Shown one piece after another: positions 22,274 to 31,653 of a stretch of DNA of 64,000 nucleotides. Origin of the DNA: Actinomycetota bacterium (GTDB lineage: Bacteria; Actinomycetota; CADDZG01; WHSQ01). Position numbers and translations under genes: made by a program. Where the stretch lies: assembly GCA_030447315.1 (NCBI GenBank), contig JAUJPD010000005.1, positions 95,140-159,139 of the forward strand. Direction: 5' to 3'. Position 1 is the first letter of the stretch. Each line of letters begins with the position of its first letter. Under the pieces are notes generated by a model that was not told the origin of the DNA, did not search any database, and saw only the letters and a list, made by a program, of their open reading frames with translations.

Positions 22274-23013
22274 GCGGGCGTGTACACCTCGTCGGAGCCG
22301 GCCCGGGCGCTGCCGACTTGCTGACGCTGCGAGCCGCGGGTTTGCTCGCGGCCGCGGACGTGGTCCTACACGATCGGCTCGTCGGGCCCGATGTCCTTGC
22401 CTTCTGCCGGGCGGATGCGGAGCTGGTCGACGTATCCAAGCGCCCCGGAGCGGAGTCGGCAGCGCAGGAGGAGATCAACCGCGTGCTCATCGAGCGTGCG
22501 CGGGCCGGGCTGGACGTTGTTCGCCTCAAGGGCGGCGACCCGTTCATCTTTGGACGCGGTGGCGAGGAGGCCCGGGCGCTGCAGGCAGCCGGCATACCGT
22601 TCGACGTCGTCCCCGGCCTCAGCTCAGCGCTAGCCGCTCCCGCAGCCGCCGGCGTCTCGCTTACCCACCGTGAGCTGGCGCGCTCGGTCACGATCATCAC
22701 CGGCCACTTGCAGGCGCTCGAGGAGCACGGCTGGGACGCTCTCGCGGCGACGGACACACTCGTCGTTCTGATGGGCGCGGCGACCGTCGGCGAGATGGCG
22801 CAGCGGCTGATGGCCGGCGGCCGGGCCGCCGATACCCCCGCGGTGGTTGTCCAGGAGGCGACCCTGCCGGGCCAGCAGGAAGTGGCCGCGCCGCTGGGGG
22901 AACTCGCGGATGCGGTCGCCGAGGCAGGTCTGCGCGCACCGCTCGTCGTCGTCGTCGGAGCGGTCGCGGCGATCGACCTGTACCGGCCGCTCGCGCTGGA
23001 GACGCGCCGGTGA
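22270..23013 (+). CDS. cobA: uroporphyrinogen-III C-methyltransferase (SUMT)
   Basis: GTGA overlap with cobN. VHLVGAGPGAADLLTLRA..VVRLKGGDPFIFGRGGEE..VVPGLSS. Confidence 0.9.
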   Translation: MSGRVHLVGAGPGAADLLTLRAAGLLAAADVVLHDRLVGPDVLAFCRADAELVDVSKRPGAESAAQEEINRVLIERARAGLDVVRLKGGDPFIFGRGGEEARALQAAGIPFDVVPGLSSALAAPAAAGVSLTHRELARSVTIITGHLQALEEHGWDALAATDTLVVLMGAATVGEMAQRLMAGGRAADTPAVVVQEATLPGQQEVAAPLGELADAVAEAGLRAPLVVVVGAVAAIDLYRPLALETRR

Positions 23014-24911
23014 ACGCCTATCCGCTAAGCGCCGTCGTCGGCCAGTCCGAGCTCGTCGAGGCGTTACTGGTCAATGCGGTCGCGCCGGAGGTCGGCGGTG
23101 TGCTGGTTCGCGGCGAGCGGGGAACGGCGAAGTCGACGGCGGTTCGCGGGTTGGCGCCGCTCTTACCGCCGGTGCTCGCGGCCGCCGATCAACCCTTTGC
23201 GTTCGCGCCCGGTGAGCGCGCTCCGGGTGGAGTCGTCGCGGATGACGCCGAGACGGCGTTGCGACCGGCTGCGCTCGTAGAGCTCCCGCTCGGGGCCACG
23301 CTCGACCGGCTCGTCGGCTCACTCGACTTCGGGCGGGCGCTCGGCGGCGAGCATCGCTTCGAGCCGGGCCTGCTTGCCCGAGCGCATCGCGGGATCCTGT
23401 ACGTGGACGAGGTGAACCTGCTCCCCGACCACCTCGTCGACGCGCTCCTCGACGCGGCCGCTTCGGGGGTCGTTCGTGTCGAGCGCGAGGCGGTCTCCCA
23501 GACCCACGCCGCGCGCTTCCTGCTCGTAGGCACGATGAACGTCGAGGAAGGCGAACTGCGCCCCCAATTGCTCGATCGCTTCGGTCTCGGCGTGGAGGTC
23601 GCGGCCTCGAGCGATCCCAACGAGCGGGCCGAGATCGTGCGCCGTCGCCTGGCCTTCGAAGCTGATCCCAGAGGCTTCATGTCCGAGTGGAGCGCCAAGG
23701 AACAAGAGCTTGCTCGGCGCATCGCCACTGCGCGCGAGCACCTCCCTAGTGTTGACCTGCCCGGTCGCGAGTTGCTGCGGATCACCACCGCCTGTGCCCG
23801 GCTGGGGATCGACGGCGTGCGCGGGGACATCGTTACGGCGCTCGCAGCGCGAGCCTTGGCAGCGTTCGCGGAGGAAGATGCAGTGAGAGAGGAGCACGTT
23901 CGGCGTGCAGCGAAGCTCGCTCTTGCGCACCGCCGCCGGCGCGATCCATTCGGCAACCATGTGGCGGACGCCCAGTCACTCGAGCAGGCGCTCGACGGCC
24001 ACGATCCCGACGACGAGCCTCCATCAGGCCCGAACGGCGATGGCAGAGGGCGAGGATCCGTCCCCTCTTCCGGATCGAGCTCGGAAAGCGAGCCTGCGAG
24101 CGCGGCCACCCCTTCGGGCTTCGAGCCGCAGCCCGATCCGCGACTGCCTGCACGGGAGCGGCAGGACGTTCCGCTCCAAGCGACGCTGCCCTCCAAAGCG
24201 CTCAGCCTGGCAGGGGCAGGACGAGGCCCGACCGGAAGGCGAGCGCGTGCGGCGGGCAGGCAGGCGGGTTCGATCGACAGTCGTCCGGCTCAGGCCTGGA
24301 GCGACGACGTCGCCGTCGTTGCCACACTGCGACACCGCCTGGTGCACGGCGAAGCCGGCGTTCGCGAGCACGTGCGCTCGGGCCGTGAAGGCGTGTTTAT
24401 CTGCCTCGTCGTGGACGCAAGTGGCTCGATGGGGGCGCGGAAGCGGCTTGCGCGGATCAAAGGTGCGCTGCTGGAGCTCTTGCGCGAAGCGTATGCAAGC
24501 CGGGATCGCGTTGCGATCGTGACCTTCCGCGACGGTGGCGCACAACTCTCGGTGCGACCGGGTGCCCCTCTCGGGCGCGCCGCGGAGGCGATCGAGACGC
24601 TGAGCGCCGGCGGGCGAACCCCGCTTGCTGCGGGCCTCGTGGCGGCCGAGCACGTGATTCGCCTCGAGCGTGTACGCCAGCCGGAGCGACGCAGCATCGC
24701 CGTCGTCCTCGCCGACGGCCGAGTCGCCGATGAGCGGGGCGAGATCCGCGAGGCGGCCCGGCGACTCGGCCGCGCGGCAGCCGCGGTGCACGTCATCGAC
24801 GCCGAGGAGGGCCCCGTTCGCCTCGGCCTCGCGGCCTCGCTCGCGGCCGCCTCGCAAGGTCAGGTGCACAGGCTCGTCACGCCCCCCTCGACCCCAAGGA
24901 GAATCGCATGA
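23010..24911 (+). CDS. ChlI/ChlD-like AAA+ plus vWA fusion, probable cobaltochelatase small subunits
   Basis: AAA+ Walker A GERGTAKST; YVDEVNLL; Pro/acidic linker; vWA MIDAS VVDASGSMG. Sits directly after cobN-cobA. Confidence 0.85.
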   Translation: MNAYPLSAVVGQSELVEALLVNAVAPEVGGVLVRGERGTAKSTAVRGLAPLLPPVLAAADQPFAFAPGERAPGGVVADDAETALRPAALVELPLGATLDRLVGSLDFGRALGGEHRFEPGLLARAHRGILYVDEVNLLPDHLVDALLDAAASGVVRVEREAVSQTHAARFLLVGTMNVEEGELRPQLLDRFGLGVEVAASSDPNERAEIVRRRLAFEADPRGFMSEWSAKEQELARRIATAREHLPSVDLPGRELLRITTACARLGIDGVRGDIVTALAARALAAFAEEDAVREEHVRRAAKLALAHRRRRDPFGNHVADAQSLEQALDGHDPDDEPPSGPNGDGRGRGSVPSSGSSSESEPASAATPSGFEPQPDPRLPARERQDVPLQATLPSKALSLAGAGRGPTGRRARAAGRQAGSIDSRPAQAWSDDVAVVATLRHRLVHGEAGVREHVRSGREGVFICLVVDASGSMGARKRLARIKGALLELLREAYASRDRVAIVTFRDGGAQLSVRPGAPLGRAAEAIETLSAGGRTPLAAGLVAAEHVIRLERVRQPERRSIAVVLADGRVADERGEIREAARRLGRAAAAVHVIDAEEGPVRLGLAASLAAASQGQVHRLVTPPSTPRRIA

Positions 24912-25540
24912 CCGAACCGTCCGTGCAGGAGCCGCTCATCCGCCATGGCAACGAAGATGTTGACGTTCCCCACCGGCCGGGAGACGTCGGCAGCGCAGAG
25001 CCAAAGCGGCGCAAGCCTCGGGACCGTCAGCTCGTGATCGTCATCACGGGGCACGGGAAGGGCAAGAGCACCTCGGGCTTCGGGATGCTGATGCGCTCGT
25101 GGGCGCGTGGATACCGCTGCGGAGTGTTCCAGTTCGTCAAGTCGGGCAAGTGGAAGGTGGGCGAGTCCAAGGCGGCGATGGCCCTCGGCGGGATCGACTG
25201 GGAGAAGATGGGCGACGGCTGGTCCTGGCTCTCGCGCGACCTCGAGCAGTCGGAAGACCTCGCCCGCGAAGGGTGGGCGGAGGTGAAGCGGGCGATCGCC
25301 GACGAGCGCTACGAGTTCCTGCTGCTGGACGAGATCACGTACCCCATCAACTGGGGCTGGATCGAACTCGATGACGTGCTTGCGACTCTGCACGATCGGC
25401 CCGGCTTCCAGCACGTCGTGATCACGGGTCGCGACGCTCCCGCCGAGTTGGTCGACGCGGCTGACCTCGTTTCCGAGGTCGTCAACGTCAAGCACCCCAT
25501 GGACGTCGGCATCAGGGCCCAGGAAGGGATCGAATGGTAG
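24908..25540 (+). CDS. cobO: cob(I)yrinic acid a,c-diamide adenosyltransferase
   Basis: ITGHGKGKSTSGFGMLMRSWARGYRCGVFQFVKSGKWKVGE..LLLDEITY, CobO/BtuR type. Confidence 0.9.
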   Translation: MTEPSVQEPLIRHGNEDVDVPHRPGDVGSAEPKRRKPRDRQLVIVITGHGKGKSTSGFGMLMRSWARGYRCGVFQFVKSGKWKVGESKAAMALGGIDWEKMGDGWSWLSRDLEQSEDLAREGWAEVKRAIADERYEFLLLDEITYPINWGWIELDDVLATLHDRPGFQHVVITGRDAPAELVDAADLVSEVVNVKHPMDVGIRAQEGIEW

Positions 25541-26494
25541 CCGTCACGGTGATCCTGGACGGGGCGAGCGAGCCGCTCGGCCCGGCTCCGACCAGCCTCG
25601 AGCGGGCACGCATGCCGGTGCTCGACTCGCTCGCACGGGGGGGTGTGCTGAGCCGCGTCCGCACGGTTCCACTCGGTCTCTCGGCGGGCTCCGAACACGC
25701 CATTCCGACGCTGCTCGGCTGGCCCCCCGCCGCGTCTGTCGACCGCGGCGTGGTGGAGGCGGCGGCACAGGAGCTTTCGCTCGCCGAGGAGGAGTGGGCC
25801 TGGCGTGTCGACGTGCTCGAGCGCGGCAAGCGCGCGGACGAGCCCACGGTCGGGCGGGTCGCTGCCGAGCTGGCCGCTCTCCTCCCCGGACATGCGCTCC
25901 GGCGCCTTGCCGGGCACCGTCTGCTCCTGACCGGCCCGAGGCCGCTCCCGCTGCGGGCGCGCGACGATCTCCGGGTCTGGCCGGAAGGAGCTCTGCCCCC
26001 CCGGGTCCTCGGCGCAGAGACGGTCGTCGTCACGGCACGCGGAGCGGCTGCCGGGATCGCCCGGCTGATGGGCGCCACGGTCGTCGTCCCCGCGGGGGCT
26101 ACCGGCTCGACGGACACGGATCTGCGGTCCAAGGCCGAAGCCGCTCGCCGGGCGCTCGCCGAGGGCGCGGAGAAGGTCGTCGTCCACGTCGGCGCTCCCG
26201 ACGAAGCTGCACCTCACAGAGATGCCCTCGGGCAGCTGCGGGCCCTGGAGGACCTGGACTGTCAGCTGCTTGCGCCCGTTGCCGAGGGCGTCCGAGCCGG
26301 CCGCGGCTGGCTCACGGGCTGCCGCGACCATGGTTGCGACCCACAAACGGGGCTGCACGACGACCTGCCGGTGCCCTGTCTCGTCTGGCGGGCGGAAGGC
26401 GCGCCAACCTGCGGCCTCCAGACGCCTCACCGAGCGCGCGGTCGCGGAGCTCGAGGTCGTCGATCTGGCGCGAGCGCAGGAGAGCGTCGCGTGA
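25534..26494 (+). pseudogene. ApgM-like metalloenzyme-superfamily protein embedded in the cob operon (short paralog of apgM), one frame change near 26400
   Basis: VTVILDGASEP, SAGSEHA, VHVGAPDEAAPHRD and CRDHGCDPQTGLHDDLPVPCLVW align block for block with apgM at 2494. The C-terminus RRLTERAVAELEVVDLARAQESVA lies in the next frame and ends in a GTGA overlap with cobB. Overlaps cobO by 7 nt. Confidence 0.65.
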
Positions 26495-27849
26495 CCGCCC
26501 GCATCGTGGTTGCGGGCACGAGCTCGGGCGCTGGGAAGACGTCTGTCGCCTGCGGCCTGATGGGCGCTCTACGTGAGCGCGGCCTCTGCGTCCAGGGCTT
26601 CAAGGTCGGCCCGGACTACATCGACCCGAGCTACCACACGGTGGCATGCGGGCGACCCGGCCGGAACCTCGATGCCTTCATCGATGGACCCGAGTTGATC
26701 GCGCCGCTCTTCTGCCACGGCTCGGCTGGGGCCGACATCGCGGTGATCGAGGGCGTGATGGGGCTCTTCGACGGCGTCTCTGGCCGGGGCGAGCTCGCCT
26801 CAACGGCACACGTCGCGAAGCTGCTCGATGCTCCCGTACTGCTCGTCGTCGACGCGTCCGCGATGGGACGCTCCGCCGCTGCGATCGTCCACGGCTACCG
26901 CAGCTTCGACCCCGACCTCGAGCTTGCCGGCGTTGTCCTGAACAGGCTCGGCTCCGACCATCACGAGCAACTTCTGCGCGAGGCGATCGAGCCTCTTGGG
27001 GTGCCCGTCTTCGGCGCGCTCCGTCGCGACGGGAGCGTCGTCACACCGGAGCGTCACCTCGGTCTCATCCCCGTCGACGAGCGCGAGCCACAGGCTCGAG
27101 CAACGCTCGAAAGGCTCGCTCGGCTCGTCGCGAGCAGCGTCGATCTCGACGCTGTGGTCGCGCTCGCACAAGGCGCGCGGCCCGTCGACGGTCCGAGTTG
27201 GAGTCCGAAGCCCGAGGAGCCACGGCGCGAGACCCGCGTCGCGCTTGCGGCGGGCCCAGCTTTTTCCTTTCATTACCGCGAGAACCTCGAGCTATTGGCC
27301 GCCGCGGGCGCCGAGCTCCTTCCGTTCGACCCCCTGGCCGACGAGCAGTTGCCCGACGGCGCCGACGCTCTCCTGCTCGCGGGAGGCTTCCCCGAGGTGT
27401 TCGGGCCCGAGCTGGCGGCAAACTCCTTGCTTCGGAGCGAGGTCGCGGCCTTCGCTCGCTCCGGCCGGCCGATCGTGGCCGAGTGCGGCGGGCTGCTGTA
27501 CCTCGCGAGCGAGCTCGACGGACACGAGATGTGTGGCGTCGTTCCTGCGCGAGCGCGCATGACCAAGAGGCTCACACTCGGCTATCGGGAAGCCACGGCG
27601 CTCACCGGCACACCCTGCGTCGAGGCAGGCGAGCAGCTGCGCGGCCACGAGTTCCACTACTCCGAGCTCGAACGTGAGGGCGGCACATGTGCCTGGGCCC
27701 TAAGCGTGCGCGGCGTCAAGCAGGAGGAAGGCTTCGGATCGGCCTCGGTGCACGCGAGCTACCTGCACCTGCACTGGGCGAGCTCGCCGCAGATCGCATG
27801 CAGGCTGCTGGCAACGGCCGAGCGCGCACGGGCGGTGACGGTCGCGTGA
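26491..27849 (+). CDS. cobB: cobyrinic acid a,c-diamide synthase
   Basis: VTARIVVAGTSSGAGKTSVACGLMGAL..GFKVGPDYIDPSYH; C-terminal GATase (AECGGLLYL, HEFHYS). Confidence 0.9.
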   Translation: MTARIVVAGTSSGAGKTSVACGLMGALRERGLCVQGFKVGPDYIDPSYHTVACGRPGRNLDAFIDGPELIAPLFCHGSAGADIAVIEGVMGLFDGVSGRGELASTAHVAKLLDAPVLLVVDASAMGRSAAAIVHGYRSFDPDLELAGVVLNRLGSDHHEQLLREAIEPLGVPVFGALRRDGSVVTPERHLGLIPVDEREPQARATLERLARLVASSVDLDAVVALAQGARPVDGPSWSPKPEEPRRETRVALAAGPAFSFHYRENLELLAAAGAELLPFDPLADEQLPDGADALLLAGGFPEVFGPELAANSLLRSEVAAFARSGRPIVAECGGLLYLASELDGHEMCGVVPARARMTKRLTLGYREATALTGTPCVEAGEQLRGHEFHYSELEREGGTCAWALSVRGVKQEEGFGSASVHASYLHLHWASSPQIACRLLATAERARAVTVA

Positions 27850-29057
27850 GCGCGCCACTGACCGTCGTCGGAATCGGAACCGAGGGCTGGGACAGTCTCA
27901 GTCCCGCGGCGCAGGCAGCCATTCGCGAAGCGACCCTGATCATCGGGTCGGAGCGCCAGTTGGCACTGCTGCCGGAGACGGCCGCGGTGCGACGACCGTG
28001 GCCTTCGCCGATCGACGCCCTGGTAGAGGAGCTCGTCTCCGGCGCTGCCGGGCCCGCCTGCATCCTGGCGAGCGGCGACCCCATGCTGCACGGGATCGGC
28101 GCGACGCTCGCTCGCAGAGTGGCCCGAGAGCGGCTGACTGTGCACCCTCACCTCTCTGCCTTCTCGCTCGCTTGTGCGCGACTGGGCTGGGCTGCTGCGG
28201 ACACTGAGCTCGTGAGCGCGGTCTCGAAGCCGGCTCATGTCGTCGCCCGCTTGCTCCAGCCGGGCCGAACGATGGTGGTTTACGTCACGGGTCCGGCCGG
28301 GGCGAGCGAGGTGGCCGAGATCCTGCACAGCCGCGGCTTCGGTCCCAGTCGCTTCGTCGTCCTCGAGCAGCTCGGCGGCCCGGAGGAGCAGGTGATCGAG
28401 AGCACCGCCGAGGAGTGGGGCACACGATCGGCGCATCCGCTCCACGCAGTCGCTATCGAATGTCGCGCCGCAAGCGGGGCGGCTCTGCTTCCTTGCAGCC
28501 CCGGCTTACCCGACAGTGCCTACGAAACCGACGGCCAACTGACGAAGCAGGAGGTGCGAGCGATCACGATCGCGGCGCTGGCGCCGCTTCCGCGCCAGCT
28601 CCTCTGGGACGTTGGGGCAGGCAGCGGATCGATCGCGATCGAATGGCTTCGCGCCGAGGCAACAGCGCGTGCGGTGGCCGTCGAGGCGCAGCCCGAACGG
28701 GCGGCACGCGTGGCCAGGAACGCCTCGACGCTCGGGGTGCCGCAGCTCGAGGTGCGCTGCGGCGAGGCGCCGGAAGCGCTCGAAGGGCTGGAGCGGCCGG
28801 ATGCCGTCTTCATCGGCGGCGGGCTGGGAGCGGGCGACCTGGTCGCTCACTGCTGGCAGGAGCTCAAGCCGGGAGGCCGCCTTGTGGCCAACGCGGTGAC
28901 GCTCGAGGGGGAGCAGGAGATCGAGGCCGCCCGCGCGACCTATGGCGGCCGGCTCGTTCGCATCGACATCAGCCGCGCAGCGCCTCTTGGCCGATACCAA
29001 GCCTGGCGCACGCAGCTCCCTGTCGTCCAGTGGGCGGCCTCGAAAGAGCCGTCGTGA
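27846..29057 (+). CDS. cobL: precorrin-6Y C5,15-methyltransferase (decarboxylating)
   Basis: GTGA overlap with cobB. LTVVGIGTEGW..ILASGDPMLHGIG, then a SAM-MTase half (LWDVGAGSGSIAIEW). Confidence 0.88.
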   Translation: MSAPLTVVGIGTEGWDSLSPAAQAAIREATLIIGSERQLALLPETAAVRRPWPSPIDALVEELVSGAAGPACILASGDPMLHGIGATLARRVARERLTVHPHLSAFSLACARLGWAAADTELVSAVSKPAHVVARLLQPGRTMVVYVTGPAGASEVAEILHSRGFGPSRFVVLEQLGGPEEQVIESTAEEWGTRSAHPLHAVAIECRAASGAALLPCSPGLPDSAYETDGQLTKQEVRAITIAALAPLPRQLLWDVGAGSGSIAIEWLRAEATARAVAVEAQPERAARVARNASTLGVPQLEVRCGEAPEALEGLERPDAVFIGGGLGAGDLVAHCWQELKPGGRLVANAVTLEGEQEIEAARATYGGRLVRIDISRAAPLGRYQAWRTQLPVVQWAASKEPS

Positions 29058-29800
29058 CCGTCCACTTCATCGGCTCGGGGCCCGGCGCGCCGGACCTGCT
29101 CACGCTCCGGGCACAGCGGCTGATCGCCGAGAGCCCCGTCTGCGTCTATGCAGGCGCGCTCGTTCCCCCCGAGGTGCTCGCCCACGCCCCCGCCGACGCG
29201 CGGCTGATCGACACGCAGCAGCTGAACCTCGACGAGATCGTCGCCGAGCTTCGCGCTGCCTACGAGCGCGGCGAGGACGTGGCCCGGCTTCAGTCCGGAG
29301 ACATCTCGATCTACAGCGCCGCCGCCGAGCAGATGCGCCGCCTGGACGAGCTCGGCATACCTTGGGATGTCACGCCCGGTGTACCGGCCTTCGCCGCCGC
29401 CGCGGCTTCGTTGCGCCAAGAGCTGACCCTGCCCGGCATCGCGCAGACCGTGATCCTGACCCGTCACAGCGCGCGCTCGACCGTGCTGCCGCCGGGGGAG
29501 GAACTCGCGTCGCTCGCGGCCCATCGAACGACGCTCGTCTTGCATCTGGCAGTGCAGGCGATCGACGAGATCGTCGCTGTGCTCGAGCCGGCCTACGGCT
29601 CCGACTGCCCGGCCGCCGTTGTCGCCCGGGCAAGCTGGCCCGACGAGCTCATCATCCGCGGGACGCTCGCGACGATCGCCGCGTCCACGCGCGAGGCCGA
29701 GATCCGCCGCACCGCGTTGATCCTGGTGGGGAAGGCACTCGCAGCACCGGAGTTCTGCGACAGCCACCTCTACTCCAAGGAGCGCGTCCGAACCCCATGA
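29054..29800 (+). CDS. cobM: precorrin-4 C11-methyltransferase
   Basis: GTGA overlap with cobL. VHFIGSGPGAPDLLTLRA..RLQSGDISIYSA..TPGVPAFAAAAA. Confidence 0.9.
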   Translation: MTVHFIGSGPGAPDLLTLRAQRLIAESPVCVYAGALVPPEVLAHAPADARLIDTQQLNLDEIVAELRAAYERGEDVARLQSGDISIYSAAAEQMRRLDELGIPWDVTPGVPAFAAAAASLRQELTLPGIAQTVILTRHSARSTVLPPGEELASLAAHRTTLVLHLAVQAIDEIVAVLEPAYGSDCPAAVVARASWPDELIIRGTLATIAASTREAEIRRTALILVGKALAAPEFCDSHLYSKERVRTP

Positions 29801-31653
29801 CGAGCACGGAGCAGTTCGAGCGACCTGCGCTGCCGCCTGGCTTCGACGACTCGCGCGCACGCGAGCGCAGCCTCGATCTCGCCGGCTGGCGCTTCGACGA
29901 GGCGGAGCGCCTCGGCGTCTGGCGGGCGATCGCCGAGCGGCGGGACATCCGCCGCTTCCGCACCGACCCGCTGCCAGACCAGCTCCTGCGACGGTTGCTC
30001 GAGGCGGCACATCAGGCCCCCTCGGTCGGACTCATGCAGCCCTGGCGCTTCGTCGTCGTTCGCAGCGAGGAGACGAAGGCTGAGATGCAGGGCATCGCAG
30101 CGCGGGAGCGGCTCGTGCAGGCAGACCACTTCGCCGAACGCGCCCGCCACTACCTCGACTTGAAGATCGAGGGCATCCGCGAGGCGCCACTCAGCCTCTG
30201 TGTCTGCTGCGACCGCGGCTCGGACGAGGACGAAGTGCTGGGTCGCCATACGATCAAGGACACCGATCTCTACAGCACCTGCCTCGCGATCCAGAACTTC
30301 TGGTTGGCGGCGCGGGCCGAGGGGGTCGGCGTCGGTTGGGTCTCCTTCTACAAGCCCCAAGAAGTGCGCGCCTTGCTCGGCCTGCCCGACCGTGTCGTGC
30401 CGGTCGCCTGGCTCTGCGTCGGCTATCCCGACGAGCGGCCGAGTCGGCCTGGCCTCGAGGCGGCCGGCTGGGCCCGGCGCCAACCACTGGAGGAAGTCGT
30501 TTTCTCGGAGCGCTGGGGCGAGCCGCTCTCCTCCGAACCTCCAGCTAGCCAGATGGCGTCGAAGATCGTCCGACCGGTCGAGCTCCCCGCTTGGTGGAAG
30601 CAGCTCGCGCAAGCGGTGCGGCCAGGTGAGGGAGCAGCCGCGGTTCGTATCCGGGACGCCTCCGACGAGCTCGTCAAGCCACCGGGCAGTCTGGGGGGGC
30701 TCGAGTCGCTCGTCGAGCGCTGGGCCATGGTCACCGGAGAAGCGCCGCCCCGTACGCCCCGAGCCGGGATCGCCGTGTTCGCGGGCGACCACGGCGTCTG
30801 CGAACGGGGGGTGAGCCTTTATCCCCAGAGCGTCAGCGCCCAGGTTGCTGCCGCTTCCGCGCGCTGCGAGACGGCGATCGGAGTCCTTGCCGACGCGCTC
30901 GACGCGGAACTCGTGGTCGTCGACGTCGGCCTGAAAGGCCCCCGGAACCCGACGCTGCTCGACCACCGCTGCGCCGAGGGAAGCGCAGACATCACGGCCG
31001 GCCCCGCGCTTACGGAAGAGCAGCTCCGCGCGGCGATCGAGGCGGGTCACTCGGTCGCCTCGGAACTCGCCACCCGCTGCGACGTTCTCGTCGTGGGTGA
31101 GATCGGAATCGGGAACACCACCGTCGCAAGCGCCCTCCTTGCCTCGCTCACCGGCCTCTCCGCGGAAAGCGTCTGCGGCCGAGGCACCGGCCTCGACGCT
31201 CAAGGCCTAGCGCGAAAGTGCGCCACTATCGCGGCAGCCCTCGAGGCGAACAGGCCCCGGCGAGGCGACTCACTCGACTGCTTGCGGCGCGTCGGCGGTC
31301 TCGAGTTCGCGGCCCTCGTGGGAGCGCTCATCGGGGCGGCGGCTGCCAGCCGGCCGGTGGTGCTCGACGGCTTCGGAACCGGGGTAGCGGGTCTGGTCGC
31401 AGTTCGCCTGCAGCCTGCCCTTCGCGACTACCTGATCGCCGGCCACCGCTCGTCTGAGCCCGGCCATGGGTTCGTCCTCCGCGAGCTAGGCCTCGAGCCG
31501 CTGCTCGATCTGCGCCTCCGCCTCGGTGAGGCGAGCGGCGCTGCACTTGCGATTCCGCTCGTCGGCCTCGCGGCGCGGCTCCATTCGGACATGCGTCGCT
31601 TCGACGAGGCAGGCGTCGACCGCGCCCGCTCCGGCGGAACTGCGAGCGGCTGA
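29797..31653 (+). CDS. fused 5,6-dimethylbenzimidazole synthase (BluB) / nicotinate-nucleotide-DMB phosphoribosyltransferase (CobT)
   Basis: ATGA overlap with cobM. The N-terminal nitroreductase-like half (RRDIRRFRTDPLP..APSVGLMQPWRFVVV) looks like BluB. The C-terminal half (KPPGSLGGLE..FAGDHGV..GEIGIGNTT..LGEASGAALA) looks like CobT. Confidence 0.85.
   Translation: MTSTEQFERPALPPGFDDSRARERSLDLAGWRFDEAERLGVWRAIAERRDIRRFRTDPLPDQLLRRLLEAAHQAPSVGLMQPWRFVVVRSEETKAEMQGIAARERLVQADHFAERARHYLDLKIEGIREAPLSLCVCCDRGSDEDEVLGRHTIKDTDLYSTCLAIQNFWLAARAEGVGVGWVSFYKPQEVRALLGLPDRVVPVAWLCVGYPDERPSRPGLEAAGWARRQPLEEVVFSERWGEPLSSEPPASQMASKIVRPVELPAWWKQLAQAVRPGEGAAAVRIRDASDELVKPPGSLGGLESLVERWAMVTGEAPPRTPRAGIAVFAGDHGVCERGVSLYPQSVSAQVAAASARCETAIGVLADALDAELVVVDVGLKGPRNPTLLDHRCAEGSADITAGPALTEEQLRAAIEAGHSVASELATRCDVLVVGEIGIGNTTVASALLASLTGLSAESVCGRGTGLDAQGLARKCATIAAALEANRPRRGDSLDCLRRVGGLEFAALVGALIGAAAASRPVVLDGFGTGVAGLVAVRLQPALRDYLIAGHRSSEPGHGFVLRELGLEPLLDLRLRLGEASGAALAIPLVGLAARLHSDMRRFDEAGVDRARSGGTASG

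Noticed and set aside
25534-27849. A single 771-aa fusion ORF as listed in the ORF track
   Set aside because: The C-terminal conserved block of the ApgM-like protein continues in the +1 frame and ends at 26494 in a GTGA overlap with a canonical CobB N-terminus (VTARIVVAGTSSGAGKT). I therefore treat it as two genes, with the apparent fusion caused by a frame change near 26400.
28942-31653. 903-aa ORF (and 28415-29800, 27687-29057, 22132-23013, 15991-17007, 32294-33589, 33289-34128) with long Arg-rich N-terminal extensions
   Set aside because: The extensions overlap the preceding cob genes out of frame and have no motifs. In each case an ATG or GTG forming a 4-nt overlap with the upstream stop gives a canonical N-terminus.
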